From the NCBI GenBank assembly GCA_965217185.1, contig OZ244252.1, forward strand, positions 1,728,001-1,792,000: a DNA stretch of 64,000 bases, in the 5' to 3' direction. The stretch comes from an uncultured Candidatus Entotheonella sp. (GTDB lineage Bacteria > Tectomicrobia > Entotheonellia > Entotheonellales > Entotheonellaceae). The position numbers and the translations under genes were made by a program. Shown piece by piece: positions 39,207 through 49,794 of this stretch. The notes under the pieces are model-generated. The model was not told the DNA's origin, did no database searches, and saw nothing but the letters and a program-made list of their open reading frames with translations. The first letter of the stretch is position 1. Each line of letters begins with the position of its first letter.

Positions 39207-40562
39207 TTAGGCACCGAATAGCTTGGCAGCCTGTGGCACGGCGGCGGGCAGGGCAAACACGATGACCCGATCGTTCGCCTGGATCACGGTGTCCCCACGC
39301 GGAATGAGAATTTCATCGTCATGGGCCACCGCCCCGACCAAAACGCCGGAAGGCATCCTGATCTTGGATAAAGGCTTGCCAACGATCTTGGCACCCGGGG
39401 CGGCAACCAACTCCAGCGTTTCGGCCTCCGTGTTGATGGACGTGAACACGGACAACACCTGCCCGCGGCGCAAATGGCGGAGAATCGCCCCCGCCGTGAT
39501 CAGGCGCGGCGAGATCGCCGCATCGATACCCAAAGCGGCTATCAGCGGCACGAGATCCGGCCGTTTGATGAGCGTGACGACGCCCCGCGCACCATTGGTT
39601 TTGGCCAACAAGGCCGCGATGAGATTGGTGCCTTCGTCGTTCGTCACAGCAATCACCGCGTCCATTTCCGTGACGCCTTCCTCCCGCAACAGCTTCAAGT
39701 CCGTCGCGTTGCCATGCAGCACCAAGGTGTTCGGCAAGCGGTTGGCCAGCATCTGACAGCGTGCAGGGTCCTGCTCCAACAACCGCACGTCATAGTCCGT
39801 CTCGTCCTGCTCCAGCATGTGCGCCACGTTGTAACCAACTCGACCGCCGCCGATGATGAACACCCTGCGGGCCGGGTGTGACACGATGCCCAGCAGATGC
39901 AGGTTGTCCCGGAGGAGGTCGCTCTTGCCGATAACGAGCAGATGATCATCGGCTTCAATCATCGTGTTGCCCGTCGGGATTAGCGTTTCCCGTCCGCGTT
40001 GTATCGCCGCAATGAGAAAGGGTGCTGGCCCATCACCGACACCGGGGATGTCCCGCAGACGATGGCGGACGATGGGGGCCTGTTTCTGCACCCGGAAAAC
40101 CAGGAGCTTCACGCGGCCCTCGAGAAAGTCGGCAGCTTCCTCCGCGCCCGGCGCCTTGATCAGCCGGCAGACTTCCTCCGCCACGGCCTGACTCGGATTG
40201 ATCAGAAGATCAATACCGATGTGCTTGCCGGCTTGCATGAGCGCCGTCTCGCGAAAGTCCGGCTCGTTGATGCGTGCGATGCAACTGGGCACCCCGGATT
40301 GACGGGCCAGAAGACACGCAACCAGATTGACCTCGTCTGAGCTGGTGACGGCGATCAACATGTCCGTGCGGTCGATCTCAGCATCCTCCAGCACCTGCGG
40401 GCTTGCCGCATGGCCCCGGAAGGCCAGGACGTCCAACTCCTCTTTCACCCGTTCGATAAGCTCCGGCGAGTGATCAATGACAACCACATCGTGCTGTTCG
40501 CGGATCAAACGGCTGGCAACGTGGTAGCCGACCTCCCCCGCTCCAAGGACGATGATGCGCAC
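39207..40562 (-). CDS. trkA: Trk potassium uptake system NAD-binding subunit
   Basis: Two RCK units (GAGEVG, GGGRVG), AVTSSDEVN, IPRGDT. Confidence 0.93.
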   Translation of the reverse strand: MRIIVLGAGEVGYHVASRLIREQHDVVVIDHSPELIERVKEELDVLAFRGHAASPQVLEDAEIDRTDMLIAVTSSDEVNLVACLLARQSGVPSCIARINEPDFRETALMQAGKHIGIDLLINPSQAVAEEVCRLIKAPGAEEAADFLEGRVKLLVFRVQKQAPIVRHRLRDIPGVGDGPAPFLIAAIQRGRETLIPTGNTMIEADDHLLVIGKSDLLRDNLHLLGIVSHPARRVFIIGGGRVGYNVAHMLEQDETDYDVRLLEQDPARCQMLANRLPNTLVLHGNATDLKLLREEGVTEMDAVIAVTNDEGTNLIAALLAKTNGARGVVTLIKRPDLVPLIAALGIDAAISPRLITAGAILRHLRRGQVLSVFTSINTEAETLELVAAPGAKIVGKPLSKIRMPSGVLVGAVAHDDEILIPRGDTVIQANDRVIVFALPAAVPQAAKLFGA

Positions 40563-40744
40563 AATGATGTCCCTTCTGTGTTATTGACGGGCTGGCCGAA
40601 GCCCAAGGTTTTGCTGATTGATGCAGCGCGGACGGCACTAGGTTTAGTGTCTGCTGACTCTCGCACGGCAGGGATGGGCAGGAGTTGTAACAACACCCTC
40701 GGTCAGGTGTCAAGCGCATAAAATGCTCGCCGTCTCTTCAGGGT

Positions 40745-40773
40745 TGACACGACGCGCGGAAGGTCGATAATCG
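40745..40773 (+). promoter_or_regulatory. Putative sigma70 promoter (divergent from trkA)
   Basis: TTGACA-N17-GATAAT (approximate bounds). Confidence 0.5.
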
Positions 40774-40925
40774 GCCCAACGTAGCCTGAGCGGCAAACCA
40801 GAATTCATGGGGATGAGCAGTCCGGCTTATCGTTTCCTGAACATCAATTGCCTGCGTAGAACTCGCCAATCCCCAACCGATGGTGGCAAGGTCTGGGGGC
40901 TTGGCTGGTGCTGGGAGTGCGCACG

Positions 40926-41915
40926 ATGAAGGTGATGCAGATCGGCTTGGGCTCCATAGGGAAGGCGGTTACCCGGCTGCTGCTCAAGAAGCCCGGCTGG
41001 CAAGTTGCCGCAGCTTTTGACATTGACCCAGCCAAGCAAGGACGAGATCTCGGCGAAGTTGTCGAGATCGATCAACGGCTTGGTATTCCGGTGCGTGGAG
41101 ATTTTCTGGATTTCCAACAATACGACGGCGTCGACGTCGCCTTGCTGACCACCGTCTCCACCCTTCCCGAAATTCTGCCCACGCTGCACGCCCTGATGGA
41201 GCGAGGCATCAACATCGTCGCCTCTGCTGAAGAGTTGTTCTATCCGCACTACCGCTACCCCGATGAAGCCCGCCGGCTCGATGACATGGCCAAGCAACAC
41301 GGCGTATCTATTCTGGGCACGGGTGTGACGCCGGGCTTCGCCATGGACACGCTGGTGCTGATGCTCACGGGAATGTGCCAGCAGATCAACCGCCTGGCGG
41401 TTACACGAGTCGTCAACGCGTCGGGAAGCCGCTCCTCGCTGCAACAGAAAATCGGCATCGGGCTGACAAAGGAAAGTTTTGCCGAACAGGAGGCACTGCA
41501 TCACGTGGGGGTGGTCGGCCTGGTCGATTCGCTGGCGTTCCTGGCGCACGTCCTTCAATGGCAAATGGACGATTTCAAAGAGCGGCTTGTACCCGTCATT
41601 GCCGACAAGCCCCTGCGCGTAGGACGCCAACAGCTAAAACCGCAGCAGGTTTGCGGGGTTCGCTACATTGTCAAAGGCATCAGCCACGGCAAGGAGGTCA
41701 TTTCCTTTGACCTGCGGACCTACCTCGAGGCCGAGAATGCCCGCAACACGATCTATATTGAAGGGACGCCGTCGCTGGAAATGACGATCAAGAGCAACGA
41801 CATGGGAGACTCCGCGACGGCAGGTCTCCTCGTTAATATGAGCCCCAGCGTGCACCAGGCACAGCCCGGATTGCTCACCGCCCTTGACCTACCCCTGCCG
41901 CATTTTCAGCGCTAA
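40926..41915 (+). CDS. DapB-N / 2,4-diaminopentanoate dehydrogenase-like NAD(P) oxidoreductase
   Basis: GLGSIG, EELFYP, GTGVTPGFAMD, GDSATA, PGLLT. Confidence 0.8.
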   Translation: MKVMQIGLGSIGKAVTRLLLKKPGWQVAAAFDIDPAKQGRDLGEVVEIDQRLGIPVRGDFLDFQQYDGVDVALLTTVSTLPEILPTLHALMERGINIVASAEELFYPHYRYPDEARRLDDMAKQHGVSILGTGVTPGFAMDTLVLMLTGMCQQINRLAVTRVVNASGSRSSLQQKIGIGLTKESFAEQEALHHVGVVGLVDSLAFLAHVLQWQMDDFKERLVPVIADKPLRVGRQQLKPQQVCGVRYIVKGISHGKEVISFDLRTYLEAENARNTIYIEGTPSLEMTIKSNDMGDSATAGLLVNMSPSVHQAQPGLLTALDLPLPHFQR

Positions 41916-41981
41916 GGATTCGTCACGGCTACTCCCCAGGCTATCCCACACAACGACCCTGCGAACGGGCAGACAGGGGGC

Positions 41982-43082
41982 GTGCTGCCGCTTCAGAAAC
42001 TTCGGGACGCCTTTGAGGCGGGTTGGATTACGGCCCCGACCCTGGGCATTGAGGCTGAGCAATTGCAACCGGCCAGCCTGGATCTGCGACTTGGACAGAT
42101 CGCGTACCGCATCCGAAGCAGCTTTCTGCCCGGCCAAGAGACCGTGGCCGAGAAGCTTGCCTACCTGACGATGTACGAATTACCTCTCACACCGGCGGCG
42201 ATCCTGGAACGCGGCCACGTCTATCTCATCCCTCTGCTCGAAGAACTGGCTCTGCCGGACCATCTGTACGCCAAAGCCAATCCGAAGAGTTCGACCGGGC
42301 GGCTGGACGTGTTCACCCGTGTTATCACCGACGCCAACCAGCGCTTTGACGACATACGGCCCGGCTATCGCGGCCGGCTCTATCTGGAGATCTTTCCGCG
42401 CTCGTTTACGATCAAGGTCTGTCACGGCTTGTCACTGAATCAACTGCGGTTGTTCAGCGGCACCGGGGCTCTGGACGACAGCGGCCTGTCCCAATTGTAC
42501 CGGACGGAACCCCTGCTCTACGGCGACGATAATCAACCGCTGCCGCTGAGCGACGTGCACGTGGACGGCGGGCTGTTCATGGGGGTGGAAACGGCAGGGC
42601 GCGACGGCGACATCATCGGTTACAAAGCGCGGAAAAACAGCGACGTCATCGACTTGGCCCAGGTGGGCTTCTACGAGCCATCGGATTTCTGGGAACCGAT
42701 CCGCTGTGTGTCGCAACGCCCGCTCATCCTGGAACCGGAGGAGTTCTACATCCTGGCATCCAAAGAAAGGGTGCGTGTGCCGCCCAATTATGCAGCCGAA
42801 TTGATGGCATATGACGCGGGCTCAGGCGAACTGCGGACCCATTATGCCGGCTTCTTCGACCCTGGCTTCGGCTATGGTAGCGGCGCGTGCCGAGGTGCCA
42901 AGGCCGTTCTGGAAGTGCGGCCGCACGACGTGCCGTTTCTCATTGAGGACGGACAACTCTTCTGCAAGCTGTGCCTGGAGCGCACCACCGAAACGCCGGA
43001 AATTACGTATGGCGAGAGGCTGGCGTCACACTACCAAGGCCAAGCCCTGAAGCTCAGCAAACAGTTTCGCCCTTGGCTCTGA
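41982..43082 (+). CDS. dcd: dCTP deaminase (long two-domain type)
   Basis: QPASLDLRLG, ANPKSSTGRLDVFTR, HYAGFFDPGFG, YQGQ.LKLSK. Confidence 0.9.
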   Translation: MLPLQKLRDAFEAGWITAPTLGIEAEQLQPASLDLRLGQIAYRIRSSFLPGQETVAEKLAYLTMYELPLTPAAILERGHVYLIPLLEELALPDHLYAKANPKSSTGRLDVFTRVITDANQRFDDIRPGYRGRLYLEIFPRSFTIKVCHGLSLNQLRLFSGTGALDDSGLSQLYRTEPLLYGDDNQPLPLSDVHVDGGLFMGVETAGRDGDIIGYKARKNSDVIDLAQVGFYEPSDFWEPIRCVSQRPLILEPEEFYILASKERVRVPPNYAAELMAYDAGSGELRTHYAGFFDPGFGYGSGACRGAKAVLEVRPHDVPFLIEDGQLFCKLCLERTTETPEITYGERLASHYQGQALKLSKQFRPWL

Positions 43083-43168
43083 ATCGGTATCAGGAGGCAA
43101 TCGGCAGACAGAGGCGCGTTTTTGACATCATTTGGTGCGCTGGGTAGAATCGCGGTGAGGAAAAATCC

Positions 43169-43444
43169 ATGCATGTCACGGTCAAATTGTTCGCCCTGAT
43201 AAGGGAAAAAGCGGGTACCGATCGCTTGGCTCTCGACCTGCCCGATGGGGCGGATTTGAAGCAGATGGTTCAGGCCATACGGCATCAACAACCCGCCCTG
43301 GAACCTTATTTGGACAACCTGCGCTTTTCTCTTGACATGGACTTCGTCGAAGCAGATACGACCCTGCACGATGGCGACGAAGTTGTTCTCATCCCGCCTG
43401 TGAGTGGAGGATACGGATGTTCCGTGTCACGACAGAACCCTTAG
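43169..43444 (+). CDS. moaD: Molybdopterin synthase sulfur carrier MoaD with C-terminal extension
   Basis: VKLFA..RE, GDEVVLIPPVSGG, followed by 10 extra residues. Confidence 0.88.
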   Translation: MHVTVKLFALIREKAGTDRLALDLPDGADLKQMVQAIRHQQPALEPYLDNLRFSLDMDFVEADTTLHDGDEVVLIPPVSGGYGCSVSRQNP

Positions 43445-43827
43445 ACGTGCAACAAGTCCACAATCTCGTCAAAAGTCCTGCCGACGGCGCGGTCGTCACC
43501 TTTGACGGCATTGTACGCAACAATTTTGACGGGCGGGAGGTGCGGTATCTGGAATACGAGGCATACACGGCCATGGCGGAAAAGAAAATGGCCGATATCG
43601 CCGCGGAGGCGCAGAACAAATTCGCGGTGGGCGACATTGCCATGGTGCATCGTATCGGGCGGCTGGAAATCGGCGAAAGCAGCATCCTGATTGCGGTTGC
43701 AGCGCCTCACCGCCAGCCCGCCTTCGAGGCGTGCGCGTATGCCATGGATCGCGTCAAGGAAGAAGTGCCGGTGTGGAAAAAGGAGTTCTTCGCTGACGGT
43801 GAGTCCCATTGGGTGCAACCCGACTGA
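43417..43827 (+). CDS. moaE: Molybdopterin synthase catalytic subunit MoaE
   Basis: GAVVTFDG.VR, LEYEAY, HRIG.L, HR..AF, PVWKKE. Confidence 0.93.
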   Translation: MFRVTTEPLDVQQVHNLVKSPADGAVVTFDGIVRNNFDGREVRYLEYEAYTAMAEKKMADIAAEAQNKFAVGDIAMVHRIGRLEIGESSILIAVAAPHRQPAFEACAYAMDRVKEEVPVWKKEFFADGESHWVQPD

Positions 43828-43833
43828 ATCGGT

Positions 43834-44124
43834 TCAGTCTTTGCTCTCCGGCGGCACGCCGTTTTCCGCCAAGATTTGCCGCCGGGCTTTGATGCGTTGG
43901 TAGGCGAACAGGGCACCTATCCCACCGATAAAGAGTGCCGGCAGAAAGACGACCTCCAGAACTTGCAAAGCCTTTTCCCATCGCAGCGCATGGAACGCGA
44001 TATACAGGGACGGAGCGAGCGTCACAAAACACACACCCGCAATCAGGATGGCAATCACCAACACGTCCCGGCGGGGCGGCGAAGGCATAGAAGACATAAG
44101 CGGCATCCAGGGTTGTTTGAGCAT
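43834..44124 (-). CDS. Small two-TM membrane protein
   Basis: Two hydrophobic helices; start uncertain. Confidence 0.55.
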   Translation of the reverse strand: MLKQPWMPLMSSMPSPPRRDVLVIAILIAGVCFVTLAPSLYIAFHALRWEKALQVLEVVFLPALFIGGIGALFAYQRIKARRQILAENGVPPESKD

Positions 44125-44203
44125 GCGATGCTACCTTGTGCAGGATTACATGGATATTATCACACGCGTCTGACACTACCCAGCCGTTTGAGGTCCACAG
44201 ACC

Positions 44204-45550
44204 ATGCTAGCAGAGCAACACTACCGTCATGCCCTCCTCGCCCAGCCATTTTGGGCTCGTCTCTCCCCGGCCGAAATCAACCAGCGCGTTCAGGAATTAC
44301 TGGCCGCTCCCGATATCGTCGCAGCAGTTCAGGCATTGCCACCGGTCGAGTACGCGGTGCTGTTGAAAGAAGCGCCGGAATCGCGCGCTGCGTTGCTTGC
44401 CACGGCTCACCCGGAGCAGAACCGCACGGTGCTTGATCTCGACTGCTGGCACAAGCAAAACCTGCGCAGCACCCGAGTGTTGGAGTGGCTTGATGATTTG
44501 CGCGAAAGTGGTCTGGAATCGTTTCTGGACACGTTAGCGGTTCTGGACAATGAGCTGTTGGTCACCGCTTTCAACCAGCACGTTCGGGTGCACGCCGCGC
44601 TGCCGATTGAAGAGGAAGAGGATCCCAAGCCCTATCACGAAGTCCTGTCAAACGAACTGTTTCGCCTGGAGTTCATCGATCCGGACAGCCCGTGGAACGA
44701 ACGCATCCAACGGCTGCTGGCTTTTCTGCGCCAGGCCGATCTCGATACCTATTACGGCCTTATGCAGGGCGTCATGTGGAATATCCAAAATGAGTCGGAA
44801 GAATGGGCCTATCGCTGGAAGAGCGGTCGGCTGCAGGACGAAGGCTTTCCCGATTATTATGACGCCCTGGAAGCGTATCGCATTATCGACAACGCCCCTA
44901 GCCTTGCGCCGGAGCATTTTGAGGCACCAGGTCGGCCCGAAAACGCCGAAGAGTCGGGAATCCTCCCCAGTTATGCCTGGAGCATGACGCCAACCGGCTC
45001 CTTACTGGCCCGAGCCCTGACCGGGCAATTCTCCATCGACACGTTGGAGCGTTTGTGCTGGGAAATGGTAGGGCTATGCAATCGTGAGCTAGTCATTGAT
45101 CAAGTCGATTTCGCCGATACCGCCGCGATCAAAGCAAGTTTGCGGCGCGTCCATGCTGCCGTGAATCTTGGCCTTGAGTACCTTTGCAGCCTGCATTCGC
45201 AGCCGCCTGATGCGCTGCTGGGAGAGCATTCGCTGCACGCCATCTGCCAAACCGGGATTACCCTTATCATCGGCTTGCGCCAGTGCGCCAATCGCATACA
45301 GACCCACCTGAATCGGACGCCGGGCATGCGCAGAGCGTTGCCGGGCCTGGCGCAGCAAGTTGTTGGAGGTCTGCTGCAGCCCCATGCCCAGTTCTTTGCC
45401 GAGCTTGCATCGCCAACCGCATCAGGCTATCGCGACTTTCTGGACCTACAGGACGTGGCGTTGGTTGACGGGGTACTTCGCGAACTGGAAAACGACCTGT
45501 CGTATGGTGCGACTGACATGCCAAAACCCCAAGGCAGGCCTGAATCGTGA
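44204..45550 (+). CDS. Uncharacterised protein, DUF6178-like
   Basis: LDLDCW, EWAYRWKSGRLQDEGFPDY; family recalled from memory. Confidence 0.65.
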   Translation: MLAEQHYRHALLAQPFWARLSPAEINQRVQELLAAPDIVAAVQALPPVEYAVLLKEAPESRAALLATAHPEQNRTVLDLDCWHKQNLRSTRVLEWLDDLRESGLESFLDTLAVLDNELLVTAFNQHVRVHAALPIEEEEDPKPYHEVLSNELFRLEFIDPDSPWNERIQRLLAFLRQADLDTYYGLMQGVMWNIQNESEEWAYRWKSGRLQDEGFPDYYDALEAYRIIDNAPSLAPEHFEAPGRPENAEESGILPSYAWSMTPTGSLLARALTGQFSIDTLERLCWEMVGLCNRELVIDQVDFADTAAIKASLRRVHAAVNLGLEYLCSLHSQPPDALLGEHSLHAICQTGITLIIGLRQCANRIQTHLNRTPGMRRALPGLAQQVVGGLLQPHAQFFAELASPTASGYRDFLDLQDVALVDGVLRELENDLSYGATDMPKPQGRPES

Positions 45551-45733
45551 CAGCTTGACGGCCTTGGAACCCCTCACGTATGATGCGCCGCCCTTGGAAC
45601 GCTCACAACAGCCGAACACGCCACTGACAGGACCGCCCATGCTTGCTGTACGGTCTCATACGACAAGTAAATCATCATGATATCCGACAGGTCACGCGCA
45701 ACAGTGCCGTCACGTGCACGAAGGGAATCGGTT

Positions 45734-47131
45734 ATGAACCAGGTAGACACGCTGGGCAAGCTCAAAGAAACAGGCTACAAGCCGCTGGGCGTAAAAGCGG
45801 AGATGCGTAAGAACCTCGTTCAAAAAATGCTGGACCGCGAGCCACTTTTCCCCGGCATCCACGGATTTGAAGATACCGTTATTCCCCAGGTGCAAAATGC
45901 CCTTCTAGCCGGCCAGGACATGATCTTTCTCGGCGAGCGTGGCCAAGCAAAGACCCGCCTCATCCGCAGTCTCACCTCCTTGCTCGACCCCTGGGTACCG
46001 TACGTCGAAGGCAGCGAAATCAACGACGACCCGCTAAACCCGATTTCGAAATACGCCGTCGAATTGCTTGACAAGGAGGGCGACAATATGCCGATTGCCT
46101 GGCTGGCCCGCGAGGATCGCTACAGCGAAAAGCTCGCCACGCCGGACGTCACGGCGCCGGAGCTGATCGGTGAAGTGGACCCGATCAAGGTGGCCGAGGG
46201 ACGCTATCTCTCCGACGAACTGGTGATCCACTACGGCCTCGTGCCGCGCACGAACCGGGGCATCTTCTGCATCAACGAGTTGCCGGACCTGTCGGAGAAA
46301 CTGCAGGTTGGCCTGTTCAACATCATGCAGGAGCGCGACGTGCAGATTCGTGGCTTTCGGGCCCGCCTGCCGCTGAACATCTGTGTTGTCGCCAGTGCCA
46401 ACCCCGAGGATTACACCAACCGCGGCCGCATCATCACACCGCTGAAAGACCGCTATGGCGCCGAAATCCGCACGCATTACCCCAAAAATATTTCTATCGA
46501 AATCGACATCATGGAGGCAGAGCGCTCACCCTTGCTGGACAGCGACAACTTGCAGGTGACGGTGCCGCGTTTCATGAAGGAAATCGTGGCTGAGATCACC
46601 CATCTGGCGCGCCAACACGCCGACATCAATCAGCGCTCGGGCGTGAGTGTGCGCATGTCCATCGCCAACTATGAAAGCTTGGTCAGCAACGCCTTGCGCC
46701 GCTCTCTGCTGCTGCGGGAGGATGAAGCCGTGCCGCGCATCAGCGATCTGCCGGCTGTACTGCCCTCTTCCAATGGCAAAATCGAGTTGGAAACCATCGA
46801 GGAAGGCAAGGAGGGTGACGTTGTTGCCGAATTGACCCGACAGGCCGTGCGCAAAGTGTTCAATCACAATTTCGACCTCTCTGATCTGGCCGACGTTCTC
46901 GAATATTTCGGCCTTGGGCAGAGCCTGGAAGTATCCGACACGATGCCCACCGGTTCCTACAAGCAGAAAACCAAGGAAGTGGACGGACTGACGAAGCTCA
47001 TGCAACGACTCGGCTGCGCCAAGAGCTCGGCTTTGATGGCCTCGGGAATTGAATTCATCCTGGAAGGTCTGCATCTCAACAAGAAACTGAACAAGAAGGT
47101 CCTTGAGGGCGAAATTTCGTATTGGGGCTAA
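45734..47131 (+). CDS. ChlI/MoxR-related AAA+ ATPase (magnesium-chelatase-like)
   Basis: GERGQAKT, EKLATPD, RTNRGIFCINELPDL, ASANPEDYTNRGRIITPLKDR. Confidence 0.85.
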   Translation: MNQVDTLGKLKETGYKPLGVKAEMRKNLVQKMLDREPLFPGIHGFEDTVIPQVQNALLAGQDMIFLGERGQAKTRLIRSLTSLLDPWVPYVEGSEINDDPLNPISKYAVELLDKEGDNMPIAWLAREDRYSEKLATPDVTAPELIGEVDPIKVAEGRYLSDELVIHYGLVPRTNRGIFCINELPDLSEKLQVGLFNIMQERDVQIRGFRARLPLNICVVASANPEDYTNRGRIITPLKDRYGAEIRTHYPKNISIEIDIMEAERSPLLDSDNLQVTVPRFMKEIVAEITHLARQHADINQRSGVSVRMSIANYESLVSNALRRSLLLREDEAVPRISDLPAVLPSSNGKIELETIEEGKEGDVVAELTRQAVRKVFNHNFDLSDLADVLEYFGLGQSLEVSDTMPTGSYKQKTKEVDGLTKLMQRLGCAKSSALMASGIEFILEGLHLNKKLNKKVLEGEISYWG

Positions 47132-47225
47132 GGTTCGTATCACCCCTGCCGTTTTATGCCCCAAGTGTTCCCTGTTAGGACACCTCCCATCTCACCAAGC
47201 GACAAATCGCACAGCGGATTGCGGC

Positions 47226-47462
47226 ATGGACGTGGTGCAATTGGTAATGCAAGTACGGCGCCGTGACATCGCCTTCCTATGTAATCTGGTGGGGTCGTAC
47301 GAGGGTCTGGGCATCATACGCACCCTCGATGCTGCCCAAGGCATCGTCGAGATGATGGTTGCGCCGGCGTTTTACGACACCACCTTGGCCCTGCTCCATG
47401 ATTTGGCACAAAACGAAATCCCGCTGCGCATTCTGGAGCAGCCGGCGCCGGACCTCGGTTGA
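47226..47462 (+). CDS. DUF4911-like small protein
   Basis: DIAFL...SYEGLG..RTLD motif. Confidence 0.65.
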   Translation: MDVVQLVMQVRRRDIAFLCNLVGSYEGLGIIRTLDAAQGIVEMMVAPAFYDTTLALLHDLAQNEIPLRILEQPAPDLG

Positions 47463-47546
47463 CTTCCCCGGTAGCGGTTGTTATAAAAAAAGCCCTGTTC
47501 ATTCCCGCATCTCAGAATCTCCATCTCACTCGCTAACGAGGCGCCC

Positions 47547-48527
47547 ATGCAAGAACTGCTGCTTGATATTCGCGGCTTGCGGACCCAGTTTTTCACCGAC
47601 GACGGCCTCGCCCGGGCTGTCGATGGGGTTAGCTACTCGTTAGAAAAAGGCGAGACCGTAGGCGTCGTAGGGGAGTCCGGGTGCGGGAAAAGCGTTACGG
47701 CCCTGTCGATTCTACGCCTCATCCCCGACCCGCCCGGCAAAATCGTCGATGGTGAAATCATTTTTGAAGGCACGAATCTGTTACAACTCTCCTCAGCGGA
47801 AATGCGGCGCATTCGCGGCAACGACATTTCCATGATCTTCCAGGAGCCGATGACCTCCCTGAACCCGGTGTTCACCATCGGCAACCAGATCACCGAAGCC
47901 GTTCGGCTGCACCAAGGCTTGAACAAGAGGGATGCCTTGGCCAAAGCTGTTGAAGCGCTGAAGTTGGTGGGTATTCCGGTGCCGGAACGGCGCGTGCACG
48001 AATACCCGCATCAACTGAGTGGCGGCATGCGACAACGCGCCATGATTGCCATGGCCCTGAGTTGCAACCCGAAAGTCCTGATTGCCGACGAGCCAACAAC
48101 GGCGCTAGACGTCACCATCGAGGCCCAGATTCTCGACTTGATGCGCACCCTCCAGGACGAATTGGGAACGGCCATCATCATGATCACCCACGATTTGGGT
48201 GTCATTGCCGATATAGCCCGCAAGGTCGTTGTCATGTACGCCGGTAAGGTTGTGGAACAGGCGCCGGTGGAACAGATTTTTGCATCACCGAATCATCCCT
48301 ACACGCAAGGGCTGCTACGGTCCCTTCCTCGCGTGGACAAAGATGCCAGCGGCGCCAAACAACGCTTGCAGGAAATCCCCGGCATCGTCCCCAGCCTGCT
48401 GAACCTGCCCACGGGATGCAAATTCGCGTCGCGCTGCCCGAGCGTGATGCCACATTGCAAAGAGCAAGAACCCCCGCTGGAACAGGTGGCTCCCAATCAC
48501 TATTCGGCGTGTTGGCTCAATCACTAG
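47547..48527 (+). CDS. oppD: Peptide ABC transporter ATPase (OppD/DppD)
   Basis: [25 protein letters not shown]. Confidence 0.92.
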   Translation: MQELLLDIRGLRTQFFTDDGLARAVDGVSYSLEKGETVGVVGESGCGKSVTALSILRLIPDPPGKIVDGEIIFEGTNLLQLSSAEMRRIRGNDISMIFQEPMTSLNPVFTIGNQITEAVRLHQGLNKRDALAKAVEALKLVGIPVPERRVHEYPHQLSGGMRQRAMIAMALSCNPKVLIADEPTTALDVTIEAQILDLMRTLQDELGTAIIMITHDLGVIADIARKVVVMYAGKVVEQAPVEQIFASPNHPYTQGLLRSLPRVDKDASGAKQRLQEIPGIVPSLLNLPTGCKFASRCPSVMPHCKEQEPPLEQVAPNHYSACWLNH

Positions 48528-48571
48528 GCGCGTCCAAAGGGTGCCTGCGACCCCTGAAGGAGAACCAAGGC

Positions 48572-49549
48572 ATGGCGACGGAAACGTTGCTCGAGGTCAC
48601 CAATCTCAAAAAGTACTTCCCGATCAAGGGCGGAGTGTTTTCGAAGACGATCGGTTTTGTCTACGCGGTCGACGACGTTTCCTTCACCGTAGACAAGGGT
48701 GAGACGCTGGGGCTGGTGGGCGAGAGCGGATGTGGAAAGTCGACCACCGGGCGTAGCATTCTGCGTCTGATCGAGCCGACGGACGGCAAGATTTACTTCG
48801 AAGGCCAGGACGTAACCGCGTTGGACAAGAACGCGATGCGCAGACTGCGACGGGAAATGCAGATCATCTTTCAGGACCCCTATGCCTCACTGAACCCGCG
48901 CATGACGGTGGGCAGCATTATTGGCGAGCCCCTGGAAATTCACAAAATCGCCAGAGGCAGCGAAAAAACCGAGCGGGTAGCTTCGTTACTTCAGAAGGTG
49001 GGCCTGCGCGCCGAAGATATGCGGAAATACCCTCACGAGTTCAGTGGCGGGCAGCGGCAGCGCATCGGCATCGCTCGGGCGATCGCCCTGAATCCCAAGC
49101 TGATCGTCTGCGACGAGCCGGTATCGGCGTTGGACGTGTCGATTCAGGCCCAGGTGATCAACCTTCTCGAAGACCTGCAGGAAGAATTCGGACTTTCTTA
49201 TCTCTTCATCGCCCACAACCTGAACGTAGTCGAGCACATCAGCGATCGTGTAGCGGTAATGTATCTGGGCCAGATCGTCGAATTGGCCTCCGACGTCGAC
49301 CTCTATAACGATCCCCAGCACCCTTACACGGAAGCTCTGCTCTCCGCCGTTCCTATTCCCGACCCTACCGTCAAGAAAAAGCGCATCATTCTCGAAGGCG
49401 ACGTGCCCAGCCCGATCGATCCGCCAAGCGGCTGCCATTTTCACACACGCTGCATGTACAAGGAAAAGGTGTGTGAAGAAGAAGCCCCCGAGTTCAAACA
49501 TATTGGGGGCGGCCATTGGGTGGCCTGCCACTTCCGCCCGAAGGCATGA
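48572..49549 (+). CDS. oppF: Peptide ABC transporter ATPase (OppF/DppF)
   Basis: [32 protein letters not shown]. Confidence 0.92.
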   Translation: MATETLLEVTNLKKYFPIKGGVFSKTIGFVYAVDDVSFTVDKGETLGLVGESGCGKSTTGRSILRLIEPTDGKIYFEGQDVTALDKNAMRRLRREMQIIFQDPYASLNPRMTVGSIIGEPLEIHKIARGSEKTERVASLLQKVGLRAEDMRKYPHEFSGGQRQRIGIARAIALNPKLIVCDEPVSALDVSIQAQVINLLEDLQEEFGLSYLFIAHNLNVVEHISDRVAVMYLGQIVELASDVDLYNDPQHPYTEALLSAVPIPDPTVKKKRIILEGDVPSPIDPPSGCHFHTRCMYKEKVCEEEAPEFKHIGGGHWVACHFRPKA

Positions 49550-49624
49550 CTTGCTCCTGGTACTGGTTTTGTTTGGGCAGCCCCCCTTCATGGCTCCTTC
49601 GTATCCTCAGACGAGGCTTCCGGG

Positions 49625-49654
49625 TTGACATGCGCAAGGCCATTGGCTTATATT
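49625..49654 (+). promoter_or_regulatory. Promoter of the tRNA pair
   Basis: TTGACA-N18-TATATT followed by a GC-rich discriminator. Confidence 0.6.
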
Positions 49655-49711
49655 ACCGCCCTTGGCTGTTCTTCGTCAGGAGGGCGGGCGCAGCGGCTTC
49701 ATGCTCTGGAA

Positions 49712-49784
49712 GGGCGGGTAGCTCAGTTGGGAGAGCATCGGCCTTACAAGCCGGAGGTCACAGGTTCAAGCCCTGTTCCGCCCA
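49712..49784 (+). tRNA. tRNA-Val (TAC)
   Basis: GGGCGGG acceptor, TAGCTCAGTTGG D-arm, anticodon loop CTTACAA, GGTTCAAGCC T-arm; no encoded CCA. Confidence 0.95.
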
Positions 49785-49794
49785 TCTAGTCTTC

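Noticed and set aside
40563..40720. c-di-AMP riboswitch upstream of trkA
   Set aside because: Only a short CCCGTCA..AAC resemblance; the GCTGAATCC and GGGGAACC cores are absent.
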